IMG/VR virus record: IMGVR_UViG_3300047160_007109
Span: 12,925-76,924 of that record
Strand: one strand, 5' to 3'
From: a virus
Length of the DNA: 64,000 bases
Notes under the pieces: model-generated
What the model was told of the DNA's origin: nothing
The model's database searches: none
The model's input: only the letters and a program-made list of their open reading frames with translations
Program-made: the position numbers and the translations under genes
Shown: positions 9,259 to 17,829 of the stretch, in pieces
Layout: the number at the start of each line of letters is the position of its first letter
How positions within the stretch are numbered: position 1 is the first letter of the stretch

Positions 9259-9890
9259 GCGTCCTCCTCCGGCTCGGCGCTGCCGATGGGGTCGAGCGGC
9301 GTCGGCGTGAACTTGCGGACCGGTTCCTCGACGACGAGGCCCGGCGGCCGCTCCCCGGTCTCCGGGTCGATCCCGTAGGCGAGGACCCGCTTGCCGGACT
9401 CGTCCCGGCGGACGAGGAGCTTCTTCATCTCGGCCCGATCCACGTCGGGCGGGACGACGATCGGCGGCCGACGCCGGACCGCGTCCGGGGCGTGCTTGGC
9501 GAGCCAGGAGATGAGCGCCGTCTCGTCCGTCACCGTCCACGTCGCCTGCCCCATCCGGGAGATGAGATCCCCCGTCGGCAGGTGCAGCGTCATCCGGGTC
9601 GGGTCGAGGCGGAGCACGGCTTCGTGATACCGGCGGAGCGACTCTTCGAGCCAGCCGGTCTCCCGGGCGATCCGGTTCCGCTGCGCGTCGACGTAGTCGT
9701 CGATCTGCGTTTTGCGGGTCTCCGCCGCCGCTTCGATCTCGACGAACTCGCGGCGGAGGCGGCCGAGCCGGGCGAGGCGAGCCGTCGCGATGTTCACGTC
9801 GGCTGGCGGCTCGACCGGCGCGTCGTAGTCCGGCGCGTCGATGGCGAGGAGAGCGTCGTCGAGGTCGTTGAGGGCGTCATCAATGCTCAT
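9255..9890 (-). CDS. Mu Gam-like host-nuclease inhibitor / DNA end-binding protein
   Basis: Coiled coil then LEESLRRYHE...TLHLPTGDLISR...WTVTDETALISW. Confidence 0.75.
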   Translation of the reverse strand: MSIDDALNDLDDALLAIDAPDYDAPVEPPADVNIATARLARLGRLRREFVEIEAAAETRKTQIDDYVDAQRNRIARETGWLEESLRRYHEAVLRLDPTRMTLHLPTGDLISRMGQATWTVTDETALISWLAKHAPDAVRRRPPIVVPPDVDRAEMKKLLVRRDESGKRVLAYGIDPETGERPPGLVVEEPVRKFTPTPLDPIGSAEPEEDA

Positions 9891-10138
9891 GGGGTCTCCT
9901 GGGAGAGTCGATGGAGGCGAGTCGGGCCGGAGATGCGGCAGGCGTCGCAGCACCATCGGCGCGCGTCCGGCTCGGACTGCTGGAAGATCCATTGGCACTC
10001 GACCGCCGGAGTCCCGCACGCGGAGCACGGCGTCCCCTCGTCGCAGCGGCAGGTTCCGTCGTCCCGGTAGTGGCGCGGGACGAGGACGTGCTGCGGGCAG
10101 CGGTCGATGTCGGACGAGCGGATCGTGAACGCCCTCAC
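9887..10138 (-). CDS. Cys-rich hypothetical protein
   Basis: CRC, CSAC, CCDAC; tight overlaps. Confidence 0.55.
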   Translation of the reverse strand: MRAFTIRSSDIDRCPQHVLVPRHYRDDGTCRCDEGTPCSACGTPAVECQWIFQQSEPDARRWCCDACRISGPTRLHRLSQETP

Positions 10139-10344
10139 GATTCGACGCCCGGGTCCGGCATCAGGCGAGGGACCTCGTAGGTGACGGAGTCGATCGCCCA
10201 CCAGGGGATCAGCGTCACCGTGTTCATCGGGCCGGGAGCCCGGGCGACGAGCCGGAGGCAGCCCGGCCCGGCGTCGACTTCGTCGACCTCGTACTCCTGG
10301 CGTTCGTCACGGTCCGACGGCCAGAGCGTCACGCGGATCTTCAC
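10135..10344 (-). CDS. Hypothetical protein
   Basis: GTG start overlapping upstream stop. Confidence 0.55.
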   Translation of the reverse strand: MKIRVTLWPSDRDERQEYEVDEVDAGPGCLRLVARAPGPMNTVTLIPWWAIDSVTYEVPRLMPDPGVES

Positions 10345-10670
10345 TTGGGCTCGACCCTCCCGACGATGGAGGCGATCTTCGCCTCGTCGACGGTGGCGTA
10401 CTCGCCGTCGATGTAGATGACGACGAGGGCGGCGAGGCAGTCGATCCGGGCCGCGTCCTCGTCGGCGTCGTCGGCGGCCATCAGCCGTTCCCACCGCGGC
10501 TCGACGAGGTCGAGATGCGAGTCGGAGTCCCAGAGGACTTCGAGCACGTCGGCGACCTGCGCGCCGCGCCAGTGCGGGTTGAGCGACGCCCACCGGTCGA
10601 GGAACGCCTTGGTCTCCTCGTCGGTGAGAGCCCGCTGGATCGCGAGCGACCAGTCCACGGTACGAGTCAT
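10341..10670 (-). CDS. Hypothetical protein
   Basis: Acidic helical protein, in operon. Confidence 0.65.
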   Translation of the reverse strand: MTRTVDWSLAIQRALTDEETKAFLDRWASLNPHWRGAQVADVLEVLWDSDSHLDLVEPRWERLMAADDADEDAARIDCLAALVVIYIDGEYATVDEAKIASIVGRVEPK

Positions 10671-10672
10671 GG

Positions 10673-11011
10673 CTAGAACGGCTCCTCAGGTAGCGGAGGG
10701 ACGCAGCGGAGCGCCGTCGTCCGGGGCGGGTCCGCTTCCAGGTCGAGCGCCCGGCGGACGAGGTTGGAGGCGGCTTCGAGCATGGCGATCCGCGAGCGGA
10801 CAGCCTCCGACTGGACCTGCTCCCCGGCGTGGATGATGAGCGACCGGATCAGCGGCCCGGCCATCCACTCCGCCGCTTCGGCGAGCGGGACGACGCCGAC
10901 GATCCCGTCGGGGCCGATGTTGAGGACGAGGTCGTCGCCGTCCTCGTCGCAGTCGAGTTCGTACAGGCGGCCGTCGGCGTCGTGCCAACTAGCGAGCGGT
11001 GCATCGGTCAT
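10673..11011 (-). CDS. Hypothetical protein
   Basis: ATG behind CCCGAGGAGGG leader. Confidence 0.7.
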   Translation of the reverse strand: MTDAPLASWHDADGRLYELDCDEDGDDLVLNIGPDGIVGVVPLAEAAEWMAGPLIRSLIIHAGEQVQSEAVRSRIAMLEAASNLVRRALDLEADPPRTTALRCVPPLPEEPF

Positions 11012-11053
11012 TGGATTCCCTCCTCGGGACGGTTCGGCGATCCAGACGCAGTT

Positions 11054-11076
11054 TCGCGCTGGGGTGAGACAGTTAC
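11054..11076 (-). promoter_or_regulatory. 23-bp motif GTAACTGTCTCACCCCAGCGCGA (copy 1 of 2)
   Basis: 22/23 identical to 15294-15316; both lie 43-48 nt upstream of a start codon. Confidence 0.6.
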
Positions 11077-11198
11077 CCGGATGGGCGAGGGGCGGCCGCC
11101 GGTCGTCCCGGTAATCGCCAAACCACCAGGGAGACGACCGGGGCCTGCGCCCTCGGATCCGGCACCGACGGCGGAGCCGAACGGCGGAATCGTAGCGT

Positions 11199-11303
11199 TC
11201 ATCGGAGTGCGCCTTCGAGGAAGCCGCACGTCAGGACGAGCGTCATCAGGAACAGGAACGGCCACCAGTTCCAGTACCAGTGGGCGATGCGTTGACGGTT
11301 CAT
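11199..11303 (-). CDS. 34-aa Trp-rich membrane peptide (MNRQRIAHWYWNWWPFLFLMTLVLTCGFLEGALR)
   Basis: First ORF after promoter 11343 with CCCGAGGAGGG RBS; below ORF-track cutoff. Confidence 0.65.
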   Translation of the reverse strand: MNRQRIAHWYWNWWPFLFLMTLVLTCGFLEGALR

Positions 11304-11342
11304 GGGAGCCCTCCTCGGGCGTGTTGGCGGTTGGCTACGAAC

Positions 11343-11372
11343 AGACTAGACGAACCGGGCGGCGAAGTCTAG
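11343..11372 (-). promoter_or_regulatory. Dyad promoter copy: TAGACT-N17-TAGTCT
   Basis: 8-copy motif followed by GTAGCCAACC leader. Confidence 0.8.
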
Positions 11373-11851
11373 GACCCGCGGCGAGCTTCCCGGTCGGCGG
11401 CGATGTGCGCGGCGATCGCGACGCCGCCGGGCGTGGCGGACTGGCCGACGATCGACTCGTTCCAGAGCCGGTCGCCGACCCGGCAGATGGCGAGGCCGAG
11501 GCCGAGATGGCGACGGTCGGGGCGGACGACGACGATCGCCCGGCCGGGTACCTCGACGAGCCGGGCGAGCCCGTCGTAGATCCGATCGTTGAACCGGACG
11601 AGGACCGCGTCGAGGCGGCAGTCGTCGTCGTAGTGGGCGAGCCGGTCGACGGTGAACGTCTTCGGTTCGATGCGGGGCGACAGGCCGTAGAGCATCTCGA
11701 CGAGGCGGTACGCCTGATACTCGCCTTGCGAGGAGACCGTCGTGTCGGGCGCGCCGATCTGCGGGAACGGGGCGGAGATTGCCGCCCAGCCGGACCGGGG
11801 ATCGTCGTCGGGGATCTCCGGCCCGGCGGGAGGCAGCGCGTCGCGGTTCAT
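11369..11851 (-). CDS. Putative GNAT-fold acetyltransferase
   Basis: IVVVRPDRRHLGLGLAI matches acetyl-CoA-binding VxPxxRxxGxG; later TPGG. Confidence 0.5.
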   Translation of the reverse strand: MNRDALPPAGPEIPDDDPRSGWAAISAPFPQIGAPDTTVSSQGEYQAYRLVEMLYGLSPRIEPKTFTVDRLAHYDDDCRLDAVLVRFNDRIYDGLARLVEVPGRAIVVVRPDRRHLGLGLAICRVGDRLWNESIVGQSATPGGVAIAAHIAADREARRGS

Positions 11852-12117
11852 GACAGGACCCGGCGAGGGTACGGGTCCGCCGTCCGGTAGAGCACGGTCA
11901 AGACGAGCGGCCGCTCCGCTCCCCGAGACGAGTCGAGGACGTACGCCACGGCGAGGTTCCCGCGTTGCGCGACCCGGCCGCCGTCCCGGTCGCCCTGCTC
12001 GTAGTCGACCTCCGGCGAGCGGAGGATCCGCTTGACCATCCGGCCGGAGACGCCCATCTCCGCCATGCGGAGCCGAGCGTGGGTCGTGAAGATCGGGTTC
12101 CGGAGCCGAGCGTCCAT
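11848..12117 (-). CDS. DUF4258-like (RelE/BrnT-related fold) protein
   Basis: FTTHARLRMAEMGVS...VKRILRSPEVDY...LAVAYV...VLTV. Confidence 0.7.
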   Translation of the reverse strand: MDARLRNPIFTTHARLRMAEMGVSGRMVKRILRSPEVDYEQGDRDGGRVAQRGNLAVAYVLDSSRGAERPLVLTVLYRTADPYPRRVLS

Positions 12118-12788
12118 CACTGGACCCGCGCGACGTGCCCGGAGAGGCGCTCCAGGTGCCCCAGGAGCGTCTCCACGTCCGAGAGCGACAGGACTGCCGT
12201 CTTCTCCTCCCGATCCCACAGAACGACGCTCAGGACGCCATGCAGGGCGACGTCGAGCCGCTCCTGTGCGGCAGCGACCCGAGCCGTGAGCGCGTCTTCG
12301 GCGTTCTGGCGTGCGACGTCGACCGCCGTCGCCCACTCCCCGGCGAGCGCCGCGGCTTCGGCCGTCGCCCAATGCGGAGCGTCCGGCGACCGCCAGCCGC
12401 CGACCGTCGGCATCCGGACGTCGTTCTGGCCCCACTTGACGAGGGTCCCCTTCTCGGCGAGCCAGTTGAGCGTCGTCCGGGTCCGGTCGTGGAACGGCGT
12501 CGAGTAGTCACCGTCGCCGACGAACCCGGCGTCTTCCTCGTCCGGGGCGAGAGGCGGCGACAGCCGGTCGGCGACCTGCCGGATCCAGATGTCCGCCACG
12601 GCGTCGGCCCGGATCGGGCCGCCCTCACGCTCGACGATCGACCGGATCTCGTCCCGGATCACGGTCCGTTCGGGGAGGTCCGTCTTCTCCAGGGTCCGCA
12701 TCCGGGAGTACCGGCCGGTCTCGACGCGCTCCCGGTCACCGTCCTCGGTCCGGCGGTACTCGATGCGCTCACGGCGCGTGATCTTCAC
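12117..12788 (-). CDS. Hypothetical protein
   Basis: GTG start behind GGAGGGAG. Confidence 0.65.
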   Translation of the reverse strand: MKITRRERIEYRRTEDGDRERVETGRYSRMRTLEKTDLPERTVIRDEIRSIVEREGGPIRADAVADIWIRQVADRLSPPLAPDEEDAGFVGDGDYSTPFHDRTRTTLNWLAEKGTLVKWGQNDVRMPTVGGWRSPDAPHWATAEAAALAGEWATAVDVARQNAEDALTARVAAAQERLDVALHGVLSVVLWDREEKTAVLSLSDVETLLGHLERLSGHVARVQ

Positions 12789-13015
12789 GATGACTCCCTC
12801 CACTCGGCCGCGAGTACCTCGCGGACGTCCCCGGCGAGGTCCGGCCGCTGATACAGCCGCATCGCCGCCTGGACGCTCTCGTCGGGACGGTGCTCCGCCC
12901 CGGCGCAGCCGCACGGTCCGCCGATCGACCCGCCGGAGCAGAGCCGATGATCGCCGTACGCACAGTGGCCGCAGTAACGAGCGTCGCCCGCGCGCGGCAT
13001 CCCGGCCGGGCTCAT
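12785..13015 (-). CDS. Cys/His-rich small protein
   Basis: CGHC..DH..C....CGC. Confidence 0.55.
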   Translation of the reverse strand: MSPAGMPRAGDARYCGHCAYGDHRLCSGGSIGGPCGCAGAEHRPDESVQAAMRLYQRPDLAGDVREVLAAEWRESS

Positions 13016-13335
13016 GCGAGCCCGACCAGGAACGAGACGACCTGACCGATCTTGTCGGACGCGTTGCCCGGTCCCTTGGCGTAGTCGACGTAGACCGCGC
13101 CACGGTCCGTGCGGGAGACGTCCTTGCCGCCGGTCGAGCGACGCTGGAACGTCGCCATCCCGTCGTTGAACTGGTAGCTCATGCGGTGCTGGGCGACCAG
13201 TTCGTCCGGACGGACGACGCCGAGGACGCCAGTGTTGGCGAGCGCCCGGTCGTTGATGACCGTCAAGGTCTCGTCGATCGCGGCGACGCGCCGCTCGATC
13301 TCGGCGAGGATCCGATCCTGCGTGTTCTTGTTCAT
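13012..13335 (-). CDS. Hypothetical protein
   Basis: ATG behind CCCGAGGAGGG. Confidence 0.75.
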   Translation of the reverse strand: MNKNTQDRILAEIERRVAAIDETLTVINDRALANTGVLGVVRPDELVAQHRMSYQFNDGMATFQRRSTGGKDVSRTDRGAVYVDYAKGPGNASDKIGQVVSFLVGLA

Positions 13336-13418
13336 GGCGGTGGCCCCTCCTCGGGACCTTGGAGCCGATTTGGCCCACTGCCCCGGGCTCGCCCCCTGCG
13401 AGCCCGAGACGCTGGGTC

Positions 13419-13901
13419 CTACCGGATGGGCGTGTACGAGAACCGCTCCCCTCCCCTCGGGCCGAACTCGACCGACCGGGCCGCGTAGCCCTTGCGGACG
13501 AGATGCGCCATCGCCGACGGCGAACCGATCTCGGCGAGCGGAACCGGAGCGCCGCGCTTGGCCTCGGACCGGCGGACGAGGTTGAGGAACATCGACCGCT
13601 GGTGAGACGTGAGCGCCGGGCGGCCCTTCCGCTCGACCTTGATGGCCGCCTCGAAGTCGTCCGCCTCCAGGAGTTCCCGGATGGAGAAGTCGGCGACCGT
13701 CTCGGGCGAGCCGTTGACCGGGTGACGAGGAGCCACGCCGACGTGCGTGTAGCCCACGCGGCGCAGGTTCTCCAGACCGGAACGGTCGGGACGGACCGGG
13801 ACCGGGAGCGTGACCCAGCCGCTTGGGCAGTGCGCCTCGACCACGACCGGCGAGAGGTTCTCGAACCGGCCCTCGAAGTGCTTGCGGATCTTGCTGTTCA
13901 T
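13419..13901 (-). CDS. Hypothetical protein, possible C-terminal winged helix
   Basis: First gene after promoter 13939; LTSHQRSMFLNLV...MAHLVRKGY. Confidence 0.7.
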   Translation of the reverse strand: MNSKIRKHFEGRFENLSPVVVEAHCPSGWVTLPVPVRPDRSGLENLRRVGYTHVGVAPRHPVNGSPETVADFSIRELLEADDFEAAIKVERKGRPALTSHQRSMFLNLVRRSEAKRGAPVPLAEIGSPSAMAHLVRKGYAARSVEFGPRGGERFSYTPIR

Positions 13902-13938
13902 GGTCCCTCCTCGGGGTCCAGGGTGGTTGGCTACGAAC

Positions 13939-13968
13939 AGACTAGACCAAACCGGAGCCGTTGTCTAG
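13939..13968 (-). promoter_or_regulatory. Dyad promoter copy: TAGACA-N17-TAGTCT
   Basis: GACTAGAC/GTCTAGTC arms; followed by GTAGCCAACC leader. Confidence 0.85.
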
Positions 13969-13983
13969 TCCCAATTCGCGGGA

Positions 13984-14007
13984 GAGCCCGGGGCTTCCCC
14001 CGGGCTC
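13984..14007 (-). terminator. Stem-loop, probable intrinsic terminator after DUF932 gene
   Basis: 10-bp stem GAGCCCGGGG/CCCCGGGCTC with 4-nt loop, no clear U-tract; just upstream of next promoter. Confidence 0.6.
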
Positions 14008-14043
14008 CCACGCTCCGCTGCTCGCAGACTGCGAGCCGGGACG

Positions 14044-15246
14044 TTAGACGGCTTCGAGGACGTCGAGAGCGAGGTCCTCGATCTCCGCCTGACGGTGCGG
14101 CGAGTCGACCATCTGCGCCGCCGCCGTCGCCGCGTTCATCACGCCTCCGGCCGTGAGGTCGCCGGAGGAGATGAAGCAGTCGAGGATCGCCTTCTGCTCC
14201 GACTCGGAGAACCCGACCTGACGACCGATCCGCTGGATGGTCGCCGGGGCGTCGGAGACCCGCTTGTCTGCCTTCTCGCTGATCTCGTCGACGATCCCCT
14301 GGAGGTAGTCCGCCGAGAGGAACTGCTGCACCGCGTCCCGGGTCTGGGCGACGATCAGGTCGAGGTTCTTCCGCTGCGTGTCGGCGGAGAACTCGACCCG
14401 GCCCGCGTCCATCTTCCCGCCCAGGTGGACCTGCGCGATGGCGTCGCGCTTGATGGTCAGCCCGTTCGAGCAGATTTCGATGACGGCCTGCGGCGAGAGC
14501 GAGTAGCGGCCGCCGCCGGTCTCGGAGTTCCGGATCAGGAGCCCGGCGAACACCGTGTGGGGCCGGTACTCGTGCCCGGCTGCGCCGAGCATGTTCCCGA
14601 TCGCCCCAGGGCGACGCCCGTCGGGGTCGAAGTCGCCGAACGGCGACCGGTAGTTGGCGAGCAGAGCGTCGGCGACGACGTTGACCTCCGGGGCCGTCAC
14701 TCGGATCGACATACCGTTCTCGGAGACGTTCCCGTCGTAGACCTTGGCGTCGGCGATCCCCGCCTCGCGGATCCCGCCGAGCACGGCCATGAGGACGTCG
14801 AGGTTGTCGATCGTCCGGTACGAGTCCGAGAGGAACGCCCGGGCGACGCCGACCTCGTCGACGTCGTCGGTGCGGAACCCGCGGACGAGGAACTTCCGCT
14901 CCGGGGCGTCGGCCAGCCAGTCGTTGACGTTGTGGTCGAGGAGCCCGAGCTTCTCGGCTTCGCGCATCCGGCGCAGGTAGACGACCGGGATGCCGAGCTT
15001 CTCGGCGACGCCGCCCTCGAAGATCGACGTGGGACGCAGGTCGACCGGGACTTCCGTCGCGCCGTCCTCGTCCCAGCGGACGCCGCCGCCGTCGACGCGG
15101 AGGAGCCCGTCGCGGTAGGCGAGCCGTTCGGCTTCGACGACGATGTCGTACTTCACGTCCTGTTGGAGCCGGAGCATCTCGACGACCTCGTTCAACGTCG
15201 CGTGACGGGCGGAGGTCGGGACTTGCAGGGTCGGTGAGTCGTTCAT
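14044..15246 (-). CDS. DUF932-family protein
   Basis: RAFLSDSYRTIDNLDVL, LLIRNSETGGG, CSNGL, HLGG motifs. Confidence 0.8.
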   Translation of the reverse strand: MNDSPTLQVPTSARHATLNEVVEMLRLQQDVKYDIVVEAERLAYRDGLLRVDGGGVRWDEDGATEVPVDLRPTSIFEGGVAEKLGIPVVYLRRMREAEKLGLLDHNVNDWLADAPERKFLVRGFRTDDVDEVGVARAFLSDSYRTIDNLDVLMAVLGGIREAGIADAKVYDGNVSENGMSIRVTAPEVNVVADALLANYRSPFGDFDPDGRRPGAIGNMLGAAGHEYRPHTVFAGLLIRNSETGGGRYSLSPQAVIEICSNGLTIKRDAIAQVHLGGKMDAGRVEFSADTQRKNLDLIVAQTRDAVQQFLSADYLQGIVDEISEKADKRVSDAPATIQRIGRQVGFSESEQKAILDCFISSGDLTAGGVMNAATAAAQMVDSPHRQAEIEDLALDVLEAV

Positions 15247-15293
15247 GGTTGAGCCCTCCTCGGGGTCTCGGTGATTGGCGACGAGGCCGATCC

Positions 15294-15316
15294 TCGCGCC
15301 GGGGTGAGACAGTTAC
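15294..15316 (-). promoter_or_regulatory. 23-bp motif GTAACTGTCTCACCCCGGCGCGA (copy 2 of 2)
   Basis: Near-identical to 11054-11076; upstream of DUF932 leader. Confidence 0.6.
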
Positions 15317-15387
15317 GTCCCGGTGGCGTGCGAGCACACCCGCCGCCCGCTCCGGCCAGGGGAAGCCGGAGCGGAGTCGGCTGTGCT

Positions 15388-15624
15388 CTACGCAGGCGTT
15401 CCTCCTTCCAGTCGGACCGTCGCCCGGTGCCGGGCGACCCACTTGGCGACCGCCTCCTCCGGCGTCGAGACGCCGATGGCTGACGGGGTGATGGACGTCC
15501 TCCAGTCGTCCGTTTGCCACCACTCGGAATCGAGGTACGCAACGTGCGTCTCGACGCTCCAGTCCGGGTGGCAGAGGTAGGACTGGAGCACGGTCTGGTA
15601 GACGGAGAGCCGGTCGCTGGTCAT
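15388..15624 (-). CDS. Hypothetical protein
   Basis: ORF in operon. Confidence 0.6.
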   Translation of the reverse strand: MTSDRLSVYQTVLQSYLCHPDWSVETHVAYLDSEWWQTDDWRTSITPSAIGVSTPEEAVAKWVARHRATVRLEGGTPA

Positions 15625-15788
15625 CCGAAGATGACCAGCGGGACGGCCGGGACCGGCTTGTGGACCCGGACGAACGGCACGAACACCGTCTCGCCCTCGG
15701 GCGTCTCGACCTCGTAGGCCGTGAGCGTCATGCCGACGATCACGCCCTCGGGAAGCCGGGAGCCGGTCGGGAGCGGAAAACTGTTCAT
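15621..15788 (-). CDS. Small hypothetical protein (MNSFPLPTG...)
   Basis: ATG behind CCCGAGGAGGG, first gene after promoter 15842. Confidence 0.65.
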   Translation of the reverse strand: MNSFPLPTGSRLPEGVIVGMTLTAYEVETPEGETVFVPFVRVHKPVPAVPLVIFG

Positions 15789-15841
15789 AGGTCCCTCCTC
15801 GGGATCGGGGTGCCGGGATGGCACTGGTTTGGCTACGGAGG

Positions 15842-15871
15842 AGACTAGACCATACGGGGCACGTTGTCTAG
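15842..15871 (-). promoter_or_regulatory. Dyad promoter copy: TAGACA-N17-TAGTCT at late/early boundary
   Basis: 8-copy motif immediately after lysis cassette. Confidence 0.85.
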
Positions 15872-15873
15872 TC

Positions 15874-15987
15874 CTAGTCGCCGATTTTCCGTTCGATCCA
15901 GATCGCGACGGCGATCACGACGCACCAAACGACGAACGCGCCGACGACGACGACCGGCGCGACCCACTCCGCATCAGCGACGACCAC
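15874..15987 (-). CDS. Possible 37-aa single-pass membrane peptide at end of lysis cassette
   Basis: GTG...VAPVVVVGAFVVWCVVIAVAIWIERKIGD; weak RBS. Confidence 0.4.
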   Translation of the reverse strand: MVVADAEWVAPVVVVGAFVVWCVVIAVAIWIERKIGD

Positions 15988-16002
15988 GGCGACGAGCCCG
16001 GG

Positions 16003-16248
16003 CTAACAGACGTCAGAGTGGATGCGGACGAACGCCGCGTGGAAGGGCTGCTCCGTGTGGAGCGGGAGAAGCGCCGTCACGATCCGGCAAGCGTCCTCGT
16101 TGCGTTGCGTCCGTTCCCGGGTGAGGCCCCAGGCGAACCCGACCGTGAGGAGCACGATGACGAGCGACAACGTCCACCGTCGAACCGGCGTCCGCCAGTA
16201 GGCGAGCCAGCGTCGCTCCTCGCCCGGGTCCGGGTCCTCCGCCTTCAT
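16003..16248 (-). CDS. Membrane protein (lysis cassette)
   Basis: One hydrophobic helix WTLSLVIVLLTVGFAWGL. Confidence 0.6.
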   Translation of the reverse strand: MKAEDPDPGEERRWLAYWRTPVRRWTLSLVIVLLTVGFAWGLTRERTQRNEDACRIVTALLPLHTEQPFHAAFVRIHSDVC

Positions 16249-16439
16249 CGCCGTCTCCGCTCGACTCGCATCGTCACCCAGAGGCCGAGGATCCCGAGCG
16301 CGACCGTCACGTCGGACGGGTTCGCCCCATGCCGGTTCCCGACGACGAGGAGCAGGATCGCGATGCCGATGAGAATGTCCGGGGCCGACGGCCGCCACCA
16401 CCGTCGACGGCGAGACGACCGATCCGTGTCGTAGCTCAC
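16245..16439 (-). CDS. Two-TM membrane protein (lysis cassette)
   Basis: Two hydrophobic helices, basic C-terminus. Confidence 0.65.
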   Translation of the reverse strand: MSYDTDRSSRRRRWWRPSAPDILIGIAILLLVVGNRHGANPSDVTVALGILGLWVTMRVERRRR

Positions 16440-16484
16440 TGGGCTGCCCTGAGAACCTCCTGACCGGGGCGGACGAGGGCGGAT

Positions 16485-17324
16485 TTAGCCGAGCGCCGCG
16501 ACGGCGTCGGCGAGAGCTTTCGTCGCCGCCGCGGCGGCCTCGGCGGCCTGATGGACAGCGGCGATCTTCGTCTGGTCGACCGGCGGGACCGGAGCGCCGG
16601 TCTTGAGCGTCGCCCGGGCGAGCGCGTCCGCCGTCTCCTGCCGGGAGAACTGGCGGAGGAGCAGCGCGCCGCCGGAGAAGTCGATCGCGTCGGACGGGAT
16701 CCCGTACGGCGGTTGCGGAGCCCCGGTGAACTGGCGGATCGCCGAGTCTCCGACCCACAGGTGGAAATCGTGGGAGCCGTCGAGGTTCGCTTCGGCGGTG
16801 CGTCCGATGTGCATGTCGAAGTCCTCCGCTTGGGTCGTGGGCGGCGGGACGGAGCCGCCGCCCGCGCCGTCGACGCCCGGCCAGTAGTCGAGCGCGACGC
16901 TCAGGTCAATGTTCTCACCGTGCGGCCCGGAGTCGGCGTATTGATGCGCCGTCGAGCCGTCGTAGACGATCGGGCCGCCGCCCGGGTATGCCGCGACCCA
17001 GTACGGCGGCGGTGGCATCCCGGCGAACAGGTTGCGGACCTCGCCCCAGATGGAGAGCGAGCAGTAGACCGACGGCCAGCCGCCGAGGCCGCGCATCTTC
17101 TGGACCCACGTCGGGCCGTCCTCCGGTCGGGCGTCGCCAGTCTCGATGTCGAGGCAGTTGCCTCGGAGCGTCGACGGGTGGACGGCGATCATCACGTGCG
17201 CCGCGTTCGGGAAACGAGCCCAGTCGGCCGCCGTCCAGGCGTAGCGGCCGTCGACGTAGCCGCCGACGATGGAGTAGCCCGGCGGGATCGCCGAGGCCGT
17301 GACGGAGTCCGCCATCGACCTCAC
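16485..17324 (-). CDS. Endolysin, GH25-like muramidase
   Basis: GGYVDGRYAW, CLDIETGDA, PSVYCSLS, YWVAAY, AHQYAD, DLSV. Confidence 0.8.
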   Translation of the reverse strand: MRSMADSVTASAIPPGYSIVGGYVDGRYAWTAADWARFPNAAHVMIAVHPSTLRGNCLDIETGDARPEDGPTWVQKMRGLGGWPSVYCSLSIWGEVRNLFAGMPPPPYWVAAYPGGGPIVYDGSTAHQYADSGPHGENIDLSVALDYWPGVDGAGGGSVPPPTTQAEDFDMHIGRTAEANLDGSHDFHLWVGDSAIRQFTGAPQPPYGIPSDAIDFSGGALLLRQFSRQETADALARATLKTGAPVPPVDQTKIAAVHQAAEAAAAATKALADAVAALG

Positions 17325-17328
17325 GGCG

Positions 17329-17829
17329 TCAGGCCCGGTCGGGTAGCGGCGGCTCGCCGTTCGTCGGTGCCGGAGCGGGAGCCGCGTCGCCCGTCGGGCT
17401 CGTCACGGTCGCCGAGCCGCCAGTCGTCCCGGTCTCCGTCGTCGTCGAGACCGGAGCCGGGGCCGGGGCCGGGGCCGGGATCGAGACCGTGTGGCCGCCG
17501 ATCCCTCCCGGGACCTTCGAGGCGACGAACGAGGTCGCCTGCGACGTCCAGGAGCGGAGCGACCCTCCAGCGGCGGCGAGAGCGCCGAGCGCGACGACGA
17601 TCAACTGTTTCACCGTGACCGGGCCGATCACCGACGTCGCCCACGTCGCGACCGTCCCGAGCGCCGCGAGGAGCACGGCGACGCCGCTCTTGACCCACGC
17701 CGAGGCGTTGATGTGGGAGATGAGCGCATTGAGGAACGGGATGACGACGCCGACGACCGCGGCGACGAGCGCCACGTCGATCGTCTTGCTGACGAACGGA
17801 GACGACTGGACTGCGGCCGCGAGGATCAC
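17329..17829 (-). CDS. Holin-like membrane protein
   Basis: Several TM helices plus Pro/Thr-rich tail; adjacent to endolysin. Confidence 0.7.
   Translation of the reverse strand: MILAAAVQSSPFVSKTIDVALVAAVVGVVIPFLNALISHINASAWVKSGVAVLLAALGTVATWATSVIGPVTVKQLIVVALGALAAAGGSLRSWTSQATSFVASKVPGGIGGHTVSIPAPAPAPAPVSTTTETGTTGGSATVTSPTGDAAPAPAPTNGEPPLPDRA

Noticed and set aside
11008-11202. 64-aa ORF (MNATIPPFG...) between the Trp peptide and gene 11011
   Set aside because: Low-complexity Gly/Pro product overlapping the 23-bp regulatory motif and RBS; probably non-coding
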